NCBI GenBank assembly: GCA_002269645.1
Contig: NIVC01000890.1
Span: 186,001 to 250,000 of the forward strand
Source: Macrostomum lignano
Lineage: Eukaryota
Length of the DNA stretch: 64,000 bases
Direction of reading: 5' to 3'
The position numbers and the translations under genes were made by a program. Every line of letters starts with the position of its first letter. Position 1 is the stretch's first letter. Positions 1 through 13,080 of this stretch are shown here, one piece after another. Below the pieces are notes generated by a model. It made no database searches. It saw nothing but the letters and a program-made list of their open reading frames with translations, and was not told where the DNA came from.

Positions 1-600
1 ACACATAGAGACAGACAGACACTAAGACACATAGAGACAGACAGACAATAAGACACAGATACAGACAGACACTAAGACACATAGAGACAGACAGACACTA
101 AGACACATAGAGACAGACAGACACAAAGCACATAGAGACGGACAGACACTAAGACACATAGAGACAGACAGACACAAAGCACATAGAGACAGACAGACAC
201 TAAGACACATAGAGACAGACAGACAGACACAAACACATAGAGACAGACAGACACTAAGACACATAGAGACAGACAGACACTAAGACGCATAGAGACAGAC
301 AGACACTAAGACAGACAGACACTAAGACACATAGAGACAGACAGACAGACACTAAGACATAGAGACAGACAGACAATAAGACACATAGAGACAGACAGAC
401 ACTAAGACACATAGAGACAGACAGACAGACACTAAGACATAGAGACAGACAGACAATAAGACACATAGAGACAGACAGACACTAAGACACATAGAGACAG
501 ACAGACAATAAGACACAGATACAGACAGACAATAAGACACATAGAGACAGACAGACACTAAGACACATAGAGACGGACAGACACTAAGCCAGACAGACAG
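1..600. repeat. ACAG-based compound micro/minisatellite (about 22-34 bp units, e.g. ACAGACACTAAGACACATAGAG)
   Basis: Direct tandem repetition; the minus-strand VCLS-repeat ORFs are its translation. Confidence 0.95.
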
Positions 601-949
601 TCATACTTTCTAATTAAAAGAAACTGTTAGCTTTACTCAAATATAAGGCGTCTTTCAATTACATGTAGACAGCTGCACTTGCCTTCCCAGATATTCTATG
701 ACCCAAGTTCCTATCCAGATAATTCCGCTCCCAATATAGTAAAGATAAACAAGCCGAATCTTTAATTCATGAGACCCATGCTGCCCCCTAAGCAATGCCG
801 TGAGTGTCGCAACTCGCACTCTCTTATTGGTCCTTAGCTCGTGGACCAATAGCAGGCGCCTGCAGCTGCCATACATACAGAATGCGTCTTGGCAGCAGAT
901 TCACGCAGGCCTGTAGCATCATTCCTGAATCACACAGAAGCGGTCAGTC

Positions 950-3900
950 ATGCGGAACTTCTCCCACGATTCAATCGTTACAAGCCTGGCTGTTGAGGCC
1001 TACAGCATCGCTATGGCATTGCTCTATAGTGTAGACACAGCCCTACTGTGCACCGGCTCTCTAGCCAATCTAATCAATTTCTGCGTGTTCTGCGCCGAAC
1101 CGGTGCGACGGCACTACCTGTCTGCGTTGCTCCGATGGCTGTCTCTGAATGATTTCACCCTGCTGGTGGTGTTCTGCCTTGTGGACTGGTTGAACCTGCA
1201 GCACCTGTCTGCGGCAGCCTGCTACGGTCTGTACTATGTGTACAGTTTGGCTACGTTTCTAAGCGCTTGGCTGCTGGTGGCCATCACCTTCGATCGATTT
1301 ATGATCCTGTGGAATCACGGCGGTGTCGAAGTTGGCCAGGAGGTGGACGCTGCGTTGAGCAACAATAGCGGTGGTGAAGCGGGCGGGAGCTCCAGCGGCA
1401 TGAAGGTCGCAGAATTCAGCGTCAGTCCCGACGGGGCCAGTGGTGGCGGCTACGGCACCGGGTGGTCGCGAGCTGTGAAGGCTAAAATTGTCACCTATGC
1501 GGTGGCGGCTGTTGGATTGACTTGGAATCTTCAGGTGAGCTCAACTACTGAAAGTAGCTATTGCCAAGTTCAGTATTACAGTAATACTTGGTCACTTAAA
1601 TCAACAAAAATTAGAGTAATAAACTATCATACGATGACCTCATATACTCATCATTTGATGGCGTCATAAATTAATTTCAAGCTGAGTTTGCACTGTTTGA
1701 GGACATCATAGAATCAAAGCGTCGATTCTAGCGTCGATAGAATAATGTAATAACCTTGAAAGGCAAAGGCTGGCTTGTACCGCAAAATAGTTTGCTCTGT
1801 TGAACTGAAAATTGCAGAGAGATACCGGAAAGGGATGCCTCTTTTCCCAAGCAGAGTGGGAGGCTCATATTCAGTATATTGGGTGGGTACGCCCCGAGCT
1901 TCGTAGAGGGAAGGCAATGGGACGCACATAGACAGTGCAGGGATACAGACAATGAGGTGAGTCACACACAGACAGACAGACAGACAGAGAGAGACGGAGA
2001 TGAGGAACCAGACAGAGACGCAGTGATTCAGACAAGGGAAATACGGATTCCCTTGTTGTGTTGTTCCGTGTTGCATACGGAAAACAGGAAAAGTTCATTG
2101 TCCATGGCACAAACACCACAAATGACGTCATAGAACCAAGGCATTGTTTGATGACGTCATGGAACCAAGTCATCGTTTAATGACGTCATAGAATCAGAAC
2201 ATCGTTTAATGACGTCATAGAATCAGAACATCGTTTAATGACGTCATAGAATCAAAACATCGTTTAATGAAGTCATAGAATCAAAGCTTTCTTTAATGAC
2301 GTCATAGAATCAAAACATCGTTTAATGACGTCATAGAATCAAAACATCGTTTAATGAAGTCATAGAATCAAAACATCGTTTAATGACGTCATAGAATCAA
2401 AACATCGTTTAATGACGTCATAGAACCAAAGCTTTCTTTAATGACGTCATAGAGTCAAAGATTTCTTTAATGACGTCATAGAACAAAAGCTTTCTTTAAT
2501 GACGTCATAGAATCAAAACATCGTTTACTGACGTCATAGAATCAAAACATCGTTTAATGACGTCAAAGAGTCAAAGCTTTCTTTAATGACGTCATAGAAT
2601 CAAAACATCGTTTAATGACGTCATAGAATCAAAACATCGTTTAATGACGTCAAAGAGTCAAAGCTTTCTTTAATGACGTCATAGAATCAAAACATCGTTT
2701 AATGCGTCATAGAATCAAAACATCGTTTAATGACGTCATAGAATCAAAACATCGTTTAATGACGTCAAAGAGTCAAAGCTTTCTTTAATGACGTACGTGT
2801 ATGTAGGATAATCGAATAACACTCGGATGAACTCGCAGAATTGGAGGCAATAAAATTGATAAATCATTTGATGACGTCATCGAGTATCATCCCAAGTCTT
2901 TGCTAATGTGGCCCGATATTCCAGGTGAACTGGAGCGTGAGCTACGGGCCGCACCCTGGAACTAACACTACTGTTGTGTGCATGGGCGAGAGAGCCGGAA
3001 AGCTGCTGTTTCTGCTTGACAGCCTGGCATGCTCATTCGTGCCCGGCTTGCTGCTTATTGTAATCAACTCATACGTCGCCTGCACTATCAGTAGATTTCT
3101 GACTCGTCAAAGAAAAACTTGCGTTGCTCGACGTGCGGCCGAGGAAAACTGGAACGGGAGCAATTCGCCTCCGGGAGTTGGGGCAGTAAATGAAGGGGTT
3201 GAGCTGCAAGAAGTCGGCCCTGCTAGGCGTCTCTCGTCTCTCGTCGGCAGCACACCGCCGGCACAGCGACAGCAGTATCAGGTATTGATACATGTGTATG
3301 CATCACTCAGCTGATTTGCGTGACTTGCACTTTAATGACCTTTTGATTGATAGCCATCATAGCCAGTGCGTACCTCAACAGCTATACTCGTAGTAATATT
3401 TGATGTTACCTGCTGTGTGACAGACAGTATAAGCTACTGTGTGACAGACAATATAAGCTACTGTGTGACAGACAGTATAAGCTACTGTGTGACAGACAAT
3501 ATAAGCTACTGTATCACAGACAATATAAGCTACTGTGTGACAGACAATATAAGCTGCTGTGTGACAGACAATATAAGCTACTATGTGACAGACAATATAA
3601 GCTGCTGTGTGACAGACAGTATAAGCTGCTGTGTGACAGACAATATAAGGTACTGTGTGACAGACAGTATAAGCTACTGTGTGACAGACAATATAAGGTA
3701 CTGTGTGACAGACAATTTAAGGTACTGTGTGACAGAGAGTATAAGCTACTGTGTAACAGACAATATAAGCTACTGTATAACAGACAATATAAGCTACTGT
3801 GTGACAGACAATATAAGCTACTGTGTGACAGACAATATAAGCTACTGTGTGACAGACAATATAAGCTACTGTGTGACAGACAGTATAAGCTACTGTGTGA

Positions 3901-4904
3901 CAGACAGTATAAGGTACTGTGTGACAGACAGTATAAGCTACTGTTTGACAGACAATATAAGGTACTGTGTGACAGACAATATAAGGTACTGTGTGACAGA
4001 CAATATAAGGTACTGTGTGACAGACAATATAAGGTACTGTGTGACAGAGAGTATAAGCTACTGTGTAACAGACAATATAAGCTTCTGTATAACAGACAGT
4101 ATAAGCTACTGTGTAACAGACAATATAAGCTACTGTGTAACAGACAGTATAAGCTACTGTGTGACAGACAATATAAGCTACTGTGTGACAGACAATATAA
4201 GCTGCTGTGTGACAGACAATATAAGCTACTGTGTAACAGACAGTATAAGCTACTGTGTGACAGACAATATAAGGTACTGTGTGACAGACAATATAAGGTA
4301 CTGTGTGACAGAGAGTATAAGCTACTGTGTAACAGACAATATAAGCTACTGTATAACAGACAGTATAAGCTACTGTGTGACAGACAATATAAACTACGAG
4401 TACTGTGTAACAGACAGTATAAGCTACTGTGTGACAGACAATATAAGCTACTGTGTGACAGACAATATAAGCTACTGTGTAACAGACAGTATAAGCTGCT
4501 GTGTGACAGACAGTATAAGCTGCTGTGTGACAGACAGTATAAGCTGCTGCTGTGTGACAGACAGTATAAGCTACTGTGTGACAGACAATATAAGCTACTG
4601 TGTGACCGAATTTGCACAATTCAAACTCAAGGTAACGAGGATGCTGATCGGTTTCTCGCTGGGCTACCTGGTGTGCAGCTTCCCCAACTACATCGCTTTA
4701 CTATTTGGTCATTTCGTACTTGGCCGCTACGCTCCCGAGAAATCGATGATGCAATTCAATCTGGTTCGCAGGTGCGCCCAGACACTCTACATCATGCACT
4801 TCTCAACTAACAGCCTCATCTACGCCTATTGCAATAGGCAGTTTCGGGCAGCATTCAAGCGGCTGTTCACGGTCCTGCGAGCCAGGTGCTGCAACCAGCA
4901 ATGA
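950..4904 (+). CDS. Class A (rhodopsin-like) orphan GPCR, 3 exons: 950-1534, 2925-3281, 4632-4904
   Basis: Hydrophobic TM segments, TM3 AITFDRF (DRY-like), TM6 VCSFPN, TM7 NSLIY (NPxxY-like). Donors CAG|GTGAGC (1535) and CAG|GTATTG (3282), acceptor CCAG|GTG (2924), all phase 0. Exon 3 acceptor (AAG|GTAACG, 4631) is less certain. Confidence 0.88.
2122..2794. repeat. 29-bp minisatellite containing the ATGACGTCAT palindrome, in GPCR intron 1
   Basis: TGACGTCA recurs every 29 bp (e.g. 2181, 2210), about 23 units. Confidence 0.95.
3410..4606. repeat. 24-bp minisatellite (TGTGTGACAGACAATATAAGCTAC) in GPCR intron 2
   Basis: About 50 tandem units; translates as CVTDNISY repeats. Confidence 0.95.
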
Positions 4905-5084
4905 TATCAGATATCTATACACTGACAAAACTGCATGAAAAGTATTTGTAGACCTGCAGTGTACAAAGTTTGAATGTTTTTCAGTGCGTGTTGAACTTAG
5001 TTCTTTTCATGCGTGATTTTTTAATCAGTATATAACATAAAAGTAAAGTGAGTGTGCGGTTGTGTTGTGTTGTGTAGAAAGTGT

Positions 5085-5545
5085 AGAAATAGTGCATGGG
5101 GAATGTATGCAGAGTGTAGGGAGAGTGTAGGGAGAGAGTATGCAGAGTGTAGGGAGAGTGTAGGGAGAGTGTAGGGAGAGAGTATGCAGAGTGTAGGGAG
5201 AGTGTAGGGAGAGTGTAGGGAGAGAGTATGCAGAGTGTAGGGAGAGTGTAGGGAGAGTGTAGGGAGAGTGTAGGGAGAGAGTATGCAGAGTGTAGGGAGA
5301 GTGTAGGGAGAGTGTAGGGAGAGAGTATGCAGAGTGTAGGGAGAGTGTAGGGAGAGTGTAGGGAGAGAGTATGCAGAGTGTAGGGAGAGTGTAGGGAGAG
5401 TGTAGGGAGAGTGTAGGGAGAGAGTATGCAGAGTGTAGGGAGAGTGTAGAGAGTGTGAGGGTGAGTGAGGGAGAGTGTTAAGAGAGTGTAGAGAGGGTGA
5501 GGGAGAGTGTTAGGAGAGTGTAGGGAGAGATGGAGAGTGAAGATG
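5085..5545. repeat. Purine-rich 11/22-bp minisatellite (GGGAGAGTGTA / GGGAGAGAGTATGCAGAGTGTA)
   Basis: Direct tandem repetition. Confidence 0.92.
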
Positions 5546-5863
5546 AGAGTGATGAAGAGGAGAGTTTTAAGGAACACTATAGAAGCAATCAAACACGAAA
5601 ACTACGAACTCGCGGACACACCCCTATACTAACCCGTAGATGTATTCAGCACGAGACTTTACTAAAACGTTGCAATTTTAGTTAGCTTGAGATTATCAAT
5701 TGTTTGTCAATTGTACATTATTAATAATGACAACGAGAAGCGACTTGCACGAACAAATTAGCAATTTGAGAACTATGTTGATAAATAAATTATTAATTCC
5801 ATCTGCAATTAATGAGACTAGATTGTACCAACAATTATTACGAATTATTACGAGTTCTGCTGG

Positions 5864-6790
5864 GAGGACAGGACAGGACAGGATAGGACAGGACAGGATA
5901 GGATAGGACAGGGCAGGATAGGACAGGACAGGACAGGACAGGACAGGATAGGACAGGACAGGACAGGACAGGACAGGACAGGACAAGACAGGATAGGAGA
6001 GGACAGGACAGGATAGGAGAGGACAGGACAGGACAGGACAGGACAAGACAGGATAGGAGAGGACAGGACAGGATAGGAGAGGACAGGACAGGACAGGATA
6101 GGATAGGAGAGGACAGGACAGGATAGGAGAGGACAGGACAGGACAGGACAAGACAGGATAGGAGAGGAGAGGACAGGATAGGAGAGGACAGGACAGGACA
6201 GGACAGGACAGGACAGGATAGGACAGGATAGGGCCGGACAGGACAGGACAGGACAAGACAGGACAGGATAGGACAGGATAGGAGAGGACAGGACAGGACA
6301 GGACAGGACAGGATAGGACAGGATAGGGCCGGACAGGACAGGACAGGACAAGACAGGACAGGACAGGATAGGACAGGATAGGGCCGGACAGGACAGGACA
6401 GGACAAGACAGGATAGGAGAGGACAGGACAAGACAGGATAGGACAGGACAGGACAGGACAGGATAGGACAGGACAGGACAGGGCAGGATAGGACAGGATA
6501 GGACAGGATAGGACAGGACAGGGCAGGATAGGACAGGATAGGACAGGACAGGACAGGGCAGGATAGGACAGGACAGGACAGGGCAGGATAGGACAGGATA
6601 GGACAGGATAGGACAGGACAGGACAGGACAGGGCAGGATAGGACAGGACAGGACAGGACAGGATAGGACAGGATAGGACAGGACAGGGCAGGATAGGACA
6701 GGATAGGACATGATTGGACAGGACAAGACGGATAAGACAAAATAGGAGAGGACAGGACAGGACAGGAAGACTGGACAGGATATGCCAAAA
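5864..6790. repeat. (GGACA/GGATA)n pentanucleotide satellite
   Basis: Direct repetition; the LSCPV ORFs are artefacts. Confidence 0.97.
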
Positions 6791-7325
6791 GGCAGTAGGC
6801 AGCACTGAATGAAGCTGCTCAATTTACGTCGAACATACGAGTATCCAGGAGGACTAAATCAGATTATTCGAGAATTAGCCAAGTTGAGACCCCGGTCGAG
6901 GCGCGAACTGTAGAAATATGAGCTCCGAAACTATGCGAAGTTTCTGCTTTTACAACTCCAGCTACAGCTTGTGAGCAGTGTGAATTTGAAACCTACTCCT
7001 AGCTGATCATGCATTCAAAGCGGAAAAGCTCTTGCATCCTGCCCCAGGGGATGAGAAGGAGTGAGGCGCAAATGAAAAATTAGGCTTTTTAGAAAGGGGA
7101 CTGCATGCTTAACAACTTTCTTCTGCCTTCATAATCTGCTCTCGTTCCCTAGTTCCACTCGGCAACGCGAAATAATGGGCATCGGGGACACGACATCAAC
7201 GTAACAGTCGAGCTCTTTAGTTGTACCGCACTGCAGAATATTGTCAACAGAACCAGTTAGAGAACTCGTGGGATGTTATCCAGGAGATCGAAGATAAGTG
7301 AGTGATAAACTGTGTTCATATGTAC

Positions 7326-8190
7326 CCTGGTGCTAAAGCCCCTTGGTGTTAAAGCCCCTTGGTGCTAAAGCCTCTTGATGCTAAAGCCCCTTGGTGCTAA
7401 AGCCCCTTAGTGCTAAAGCCCCTTGGTGCTAAAGCCCCTTGGTGTTAAAGCCCCTTGGTGCTAAAGCCTCTTGATGCTAAAGCCCCTTGGTGCTAAAGCC
7501 CCTTAGTGCTAAAGCCCCTTGGTGCTAAAGCCCCTTGGTGTTAAAGCCCCTTGGTGCTAAAGCCTCTTGATGCTAAAGCCCCTTGGTGCTAAAGCCCCTT
7601 AGTGCTAAAGCCCCTTGGTGCTAAAGCCCCTTGGTGTTAAAGCCCCTTGGTGCTAAAGCCTCTTGATGCTAAAGCCCCTTGGTGCTAAAGCCCCTTAGTG
7701 CTAAAGCCCCTTGGTGCTAAAGCCCCTTGGTGTTAAAGCCCCTTGGTGCTAAAGCCTCTTGATGCTAAAGCCCCTTGGTGCTAAAGCCCCTTAGTGCTAA
7801 AGCCCCTTGGTGCTAAAGCCCCTTGGTGTTAAAGCCCCTTGGTGTTAAAGCCCCTTGGTGTTAAAGCCCCTTGGTGTTAAAGCCCCTTGGTGTTAAAGCC
7901 CCTTGGTGTTAAAGCCCCTTGGTGTTAAAGCCCCTTGGTGTTAAAGCCCCTTGGTGTTAAAGCCCCTTGGTGCTAAAGCCCCTTGGTGTTAAAGCCCCTT
8001 GGTGTTAAAGCCCCTTGGTGCTAAAGCCCCTTGGTGTTAAAGCCCCTTGGTGCTAAAGCCCCTTGGTGTTAAAGCCCCTTGGTGTTAAAGCCCCCTAGTG
8101 TTAAAGCCCCTTGGTGTTAAAGCCCCCTAGTATTAAAGCCCCCTAGTATTAAAGCCCCTTGGTGTTAAAGCCCCTTGGTCCTAAAGCCAC
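7326..8190. repeat. 16-bp minisatellite GGTG(C/T)TAAAGCCCCTT
   Basis: Period 16 (CTAAAG at 7381, 7397); 64-bp four-unit higher-order repeat in the first half. Confidence 0.96.
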
Positions 8191-9052
8191 AACGATTGTA
8201 TCGACACTCTTCTTTTGCTCGTGATTCATTCACAAGTTATTAGTGATATTGCTTAACTTCTGTGCCATGTAACAGCCTGAGATATCAAAGGAGAATTTTG
8301 CTGTTAAAATGAGGATGCATGCACTGTAATACGTCATAGGTTGTTTTATAAGTCTACATGTTTTAATGTTTTATAAGTCTACATGTTTGTTATTATTGCC
8401 TCATGTCTTAAAATTTTCCTTCTCAACAAAAGCTTTTCTTCACAGTTGTTTGAAGGTTTTAAGAGGTTTAAACAAGCAGACTGCTACAAACTGCAGAGGT
8501 GCTTCTATAGTCACACAATCTGTTCTGAAGATCACATAATGACTGGTCAAGTCCTTCTTCAACCGCATGATGAATGTATCAAAAAACCACTCAGCAGAGA
8601 GCGGCGCTGTTCAGAAGCTGGAAAGTGGCAAATTTAGATTTGTCGCCTCGGTTTACGACGTACTTAGACGGCATCAGGTCACTTGAGCATTGCAGGATGA
8701 AGTGCATTGACTTGGGAGGGGGACTATGTTGAGAAATAAATCGCTAATTTTTATCTGCTGATCCCCTTTCTGTGTTGTCGTTGTTTCAAGGTAGTTTTTA
8801 CATAGGGAAACCAATACGATTCCCAGTGTACTACATGTAGATCAATGGTAGATTACATGTTGCAAAGTGAAATAATAATGAAGATAACTATTAACAACCT
8901 TATAATTTTTTATTATAAAGTTTTTCCTCTATCTCTTCGCCAAAAACAGTCGTGACTGCAGAACTAAAGTGCATGGTTAGCTGTGTCTGCATTCATTCAT
9001 TCTTGACAGGCTTGTAGTCGCTGTCGCAGTCAGCCTGAGTTTGTTCAGTTTA

Positions 9053-9421
9053 CCCAGGAGTGACCGGGTACCGAGCACTCTAACCCAGGAGTGACTGAGT
9101 GCCGAGCACTCTAACCCAGGAGTGACCGAGTACCGAGCAGTCTAACCAGGGGTGACCGAGTGCCGAGCAGTCTAACCCAGGGGTGACCGAGTGCCGAGCA
9201 GTCTAACCCAGGAGTGACCGGGTGCCGAGCACTCTAACCCAGGGGTGACCGAGTGCCGAGCAGTCTAACCCAGGAGTGACCGGGTGCCGAGCACTCTAAC
9301 CCAGGAGTGACCGAGTGCCGAGCACTCTAACCCAGGAGTGACCGAGTACCGAGCAGTCTAACCCAGGGGTGACCGAGTGCCGAGCAGTCTAACCCAGGGG
9401 TGACCGAGTGCCGAGCAGTCT
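9053..9421. repeat. 31-bp minisatellite (ACCCAGGAGTGACCGAGTGCCGAGCACTCTA)
   Basis: Period 31, about 12 units. Confidence 0.93.
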
Positions 9422-10199
9422 CAAAAATGTGTTCAACCAATCAGCGGCATGCAAAATGGGGGGTGGTGGGGGAAGGCGCGAGAGCTCGAACCAAGAGCCG
9501 GACCATCAATCCCTAACCAGTTAGTCACAACTGCGCGTGGTCATTGGGGGGGGGGTTGCGATTATTTTCTAACCCCCATTGCGCTCTCAGGCTCTAATTA
9601 TACACCAGCCTCATTCACTTCATCTCGTCTGCCAAGCCTCGTTCACTGCATACAGGTTGATGGATTCGATGATCGATCCTTTTGATCGTTGCCTTTTTAT
9701 ACTCGTAGTCTTAATCTACTCTCAGCTAGTTAGATTTCTGTTTGTTTGGTTCTCCATCTACTCGCTTCTTTTCCACCTGTCCAGTCATGACCAATCAGAC
9801 TCCGCTCGTCTATCTGTTGCCCTTGTCTCCTTGGAGTCCCGAGCTCAGTCAGTCGTTCTGTCAGCGGTCATCTATGGAGAAAGCCATCGAGAGATCGAGA
9901 GCGGCGATGGTGATCTGTTGTCACGAGAAGCATTAATCGATCAGTTCGTAAAGTTTGTAATTGACGTCAAAAGTACAGAAGAAGCCGGTGCTTGTATAGA
10001 TATAGATACTTTGAAAGAGAAAAAACTGTTGATGATGGAACACAAGGATCGGCCTGTTTGCACGGAAGGAGTAAGCGTTTCTGCGGCCTATATAAGAACC
10101 ACTCTTTAATTATCGAGGGCCAACAAATTTGTACAACAAGTGTCGCGCTTCAAGGGGTTGACAAAGACGGTTGCTCGGCAGATTAAGCATAGTGAGAAT

Positions 10200-10460
10200 T
10201 AATAATACATGTATAAAATAATTGATTACACCTGCCCTAATGGGCAGATGTGCAACCGACAGCTCAGCCGCAGACTGTGGGTCGCCACACACCCTCAATT
10301 ACCCCAGCTAATGCTGGCACCCATTTTACAGCTGGGTGAACTGAAGCAATGCAGAGTTAAGTGCATTGCTCAAGGACACAAATTGTTCCAGTGGGGTCGG
10401 GAATCGAACCCCCGTCCTTCAAGTCGTGAGTCCCATGCTCTAACAACTAGGCTACAACCC
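10200..10460 (-). mobile_element. tRNA-derived CORE-type SINE
   Basis: Minus strand: A box TAGCCTAGTTG, B box GGTTCGATTCC, then GTGTCCTTGAGCAATGCACTTAAC...CAGCTGTAAAATGGG resembling the MIR CORE consensus. Confidence 0.75.
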
Positions 10461-11814
10461 TCTATACTTATATAGTGAGTATAAGATCTATTAACGACAG
10501 AAGTCTCTACTAGTCCTTCAGCGGCCGCAGAAGCAAGTTTGTCTATATTTGCACGAGCATCGCAAGCCAGCAGTGAATTCCTTCGACACGAAAAGTGCAT
10601 GTCTGGGCGCGCGCTCGCCTCTCTCTCTCTCTTCCCTACGGCCACTGGCGGTTGGTAAAATCTGTCCGGCTTTGAATTAAGAACTTTTTGACTAGATGTT
10701 AGCGGATGCGCGCACAGCTTTCGAAAATTAGGCCGTGCCTTTGCCTCTTGAGTATGCGGCTTCTTGCAGTTGAAATTTTTTATCCGGTGGGTCACTCTGC
10801 ACCTCGCTAATAAGCTACATTAAGTATTGGCAGAATAAAAATGCCTGGATGATTACGGCTCATATTGTATTCCGTGTATTGAATGCATTAGATGCACGCT
10901 GGTTACTATTGTTCAAATACAAAATCACCATAGACTTTTGCACGATAAATAATGCATCAAACACGCTCCAGCGTGATACAATTCAGATAATCATGATTTT
11001 GGCAAGCCATAGACAAATCGTTGTCACGTGCTGCGACCGCTGATTCTTTGCATTGTTTTTCTGTTTGACGATCCTACAGACAATGCATTGTTTGTAGTAA
11101 TGGATTGTTCTGCACTAAAAATGTGAATAATGATCGTCAAATTGCTAAACAATGGAAAACGCGCACATTAAGCACAAAAACAACACAGTATGGTCATAGA
11201 CTGTCCCTCAGAAGTTGCTCATTAAAACTGAAACGTGCAATTCTTGAAGTGGCAGTTCTCGAAGAAGCGAACTGCGCGTTCCGAATCCATCCGACCTGCA
11301 GATTAATGGACAATGTAAAAAAATCAGTTTCTATATAGCCATTAGTATAGCCACTAATTTACTTTCAATGTTGACGTATTATGCTTACCATGCTTCACCC
11401 GCGTAGCGGCTGAAGCTTAGTAGAGCAATTGCTGCCGAAAAAAATCGGTACATGTCATTATTGTACCCTTTTGACTTCCCTTGTCCATGGCCCAGACATA
11501 GTGCGGATGCTGAGTATGAAATGCGATTGTTGCCGGAATGCGCTTTGAAAGGGTTGTAGAGATAATCAATCGTCTATGGCAAATTTAGTTGCTCTCTAAA
11601 TGAAAGGGTTGTAGAGATAATTAATCGTTTATGGCAAATTTAAAGGACAGTGAAGACAGCTAGCCTGGCTGCCATGAGTTAATTCTCAAGTTGATTTTGA
11701 GCTTGAATTAATTCTCCTATTCGGAGTGCAAATAGGAAAAGTAGCTATGATTCGCTACGCAAACATTCCTGGCGGAGAAATATGTGGACTCTCCACGGAC
11801 GAGTTGGCTTTTGT

Positions 11815-12128
11815 CACCCGAGAGTTTGGCCAAGGCCGGTTTCGATAATCAAGCGATTACACTAATGACGGGACACAAGAATTCGAGCTCAGTGGATGTA
11901 TACAAGCGGCGAGACATGGACTGTGTGGCCCGAATGAGCGCTTGTCTGGCTGCCTATGGGTCCAAAGTCACCAAGATTGACGACGATGCGGAATCCACCA
12001 TCGAAAGTGTGACAACTGGGTCTGATAGAGGCGAGCTGATGAAAGCACCCGAGGGCGGCCAAGACCTGCCGAGAAGCCTCTGTGGTGGTCAGTTCCACAA
12101 CTGCACATTCAACTTTTACGGAAAGTAA
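11815..12128 (+). pseudogene. C-terminal fragment of a Crypton-like tyrosine recombinase (DUF3504-like)
   Basis: LAKAGFDNQAITLMTGHKNSSSVDVYKR matches the YR C-terminal L..AG...I...TGH.S...Y motif; FHNCTFNF tail; upstream HxxR motif absent. Confidence 0.6.
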
Positions 12129-12544
12129 AACAATTGATTCGATCGGTTTGTTCTTAAGAACTTTTTGTGACTATGAAACACTTTCGCCGTGTTGCTATTG
12201 TTTTTCCTTGTTTTGATAGCCAAATACATTCGTCTGAAATCCAGCAACAATCGAAAAAAGCCGACAAACAATTAAATTGTTACCGCAAGTATGAATGCCG
12301 GAAACCATAGACAAAAGGGAACAATGCACCTTAAAATCAACGCACAAATAGCAAAGTAACATTTGAAAGCCAACTACTGTGAACTCATGATCATTCTAAC
12401 GCGTTTAGTCTGAACACGAGAATTCGATGCTTCTTGACGTTTTGTATTGAAGTCGCTGTTCCGACTAGGGATTGCAAAAGCCCGGTTTTTTGCGATCCCG
12501 GGATCCCGGGATTTGATCCCGGAATTAGGCCAATCCCAGGATTG

Positions 12545-13080
12545 TCTTCCTGTTCGGATGGTACGGCTGGAGTCTACTGTCCAGACGATCTATGCCGCCC
12601 ATAAAAGACGAATAGTTGGCGATGCAAACCGGCTTTTGGATCACTTCCTCCACGCCGCTTTGGCGAATTCGAGTATCGTTGACACAGCCCGCCTCGCCCG
12701 AAGTGTCAATCACATAGACAATCTTCGTTCCGCTCTGCTTTTTGTCAACAAACATGCACGCCAGAACATTGCTGTTCCTCGCGAATCTCGAAGAAGTTGG
12801 CTGGATGTTCTGCTCTTGAAGAAGCATGGGAATTCCGCGATCCTTCCGCACTGTTCCTGTGACTAGCGTGCTCCGCTCCAGAAGCCATAGGGCTGATTTC
12901 AGACTCGTCGTTGTCGGAATCAAGACCGAGTCTGCATTTTTCAGCCAGTAAAGCCTACCTGGGTAGAGGTCTTCTCGAAGCCATGCCTTTTGGAACACTT
13001 TGGGAATGTTGCAAATTAATATAAAACTCTTCCGTCTGTGACAGAAAGTTCCAAACTCACAGAGGATACATACATACATC
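12545..13080 (-). pseudogene. piggyBac transposase fragment inside the hAT element
   Basis: GTVRKDRGIP, DKK, KPVCIANYSSFMGGIDRLDSRLQPYHPNRK match the piggyBac GT+R.NR and KP..+..YN..MGGVD..D motifs. Confidence 0.85.

Noticed and set aside
2122-2794. CRISPR-like palindromic repeat with variable spacers
   Set aside because: Linkers are near-identical variants rather than unique spacers; no cas genes; eukaryotic intron
5696-6822. Cys/Pro-rich 316-369 aa ORFs
   Set aside because: (GGACA)n has no stops in these frames; no unique coding sequence
9579-10109. 176-aa ORF with upstream CCAAT-like motif
   Set aside because: No recognisable domain or splice structure; cannot be supported as a gene
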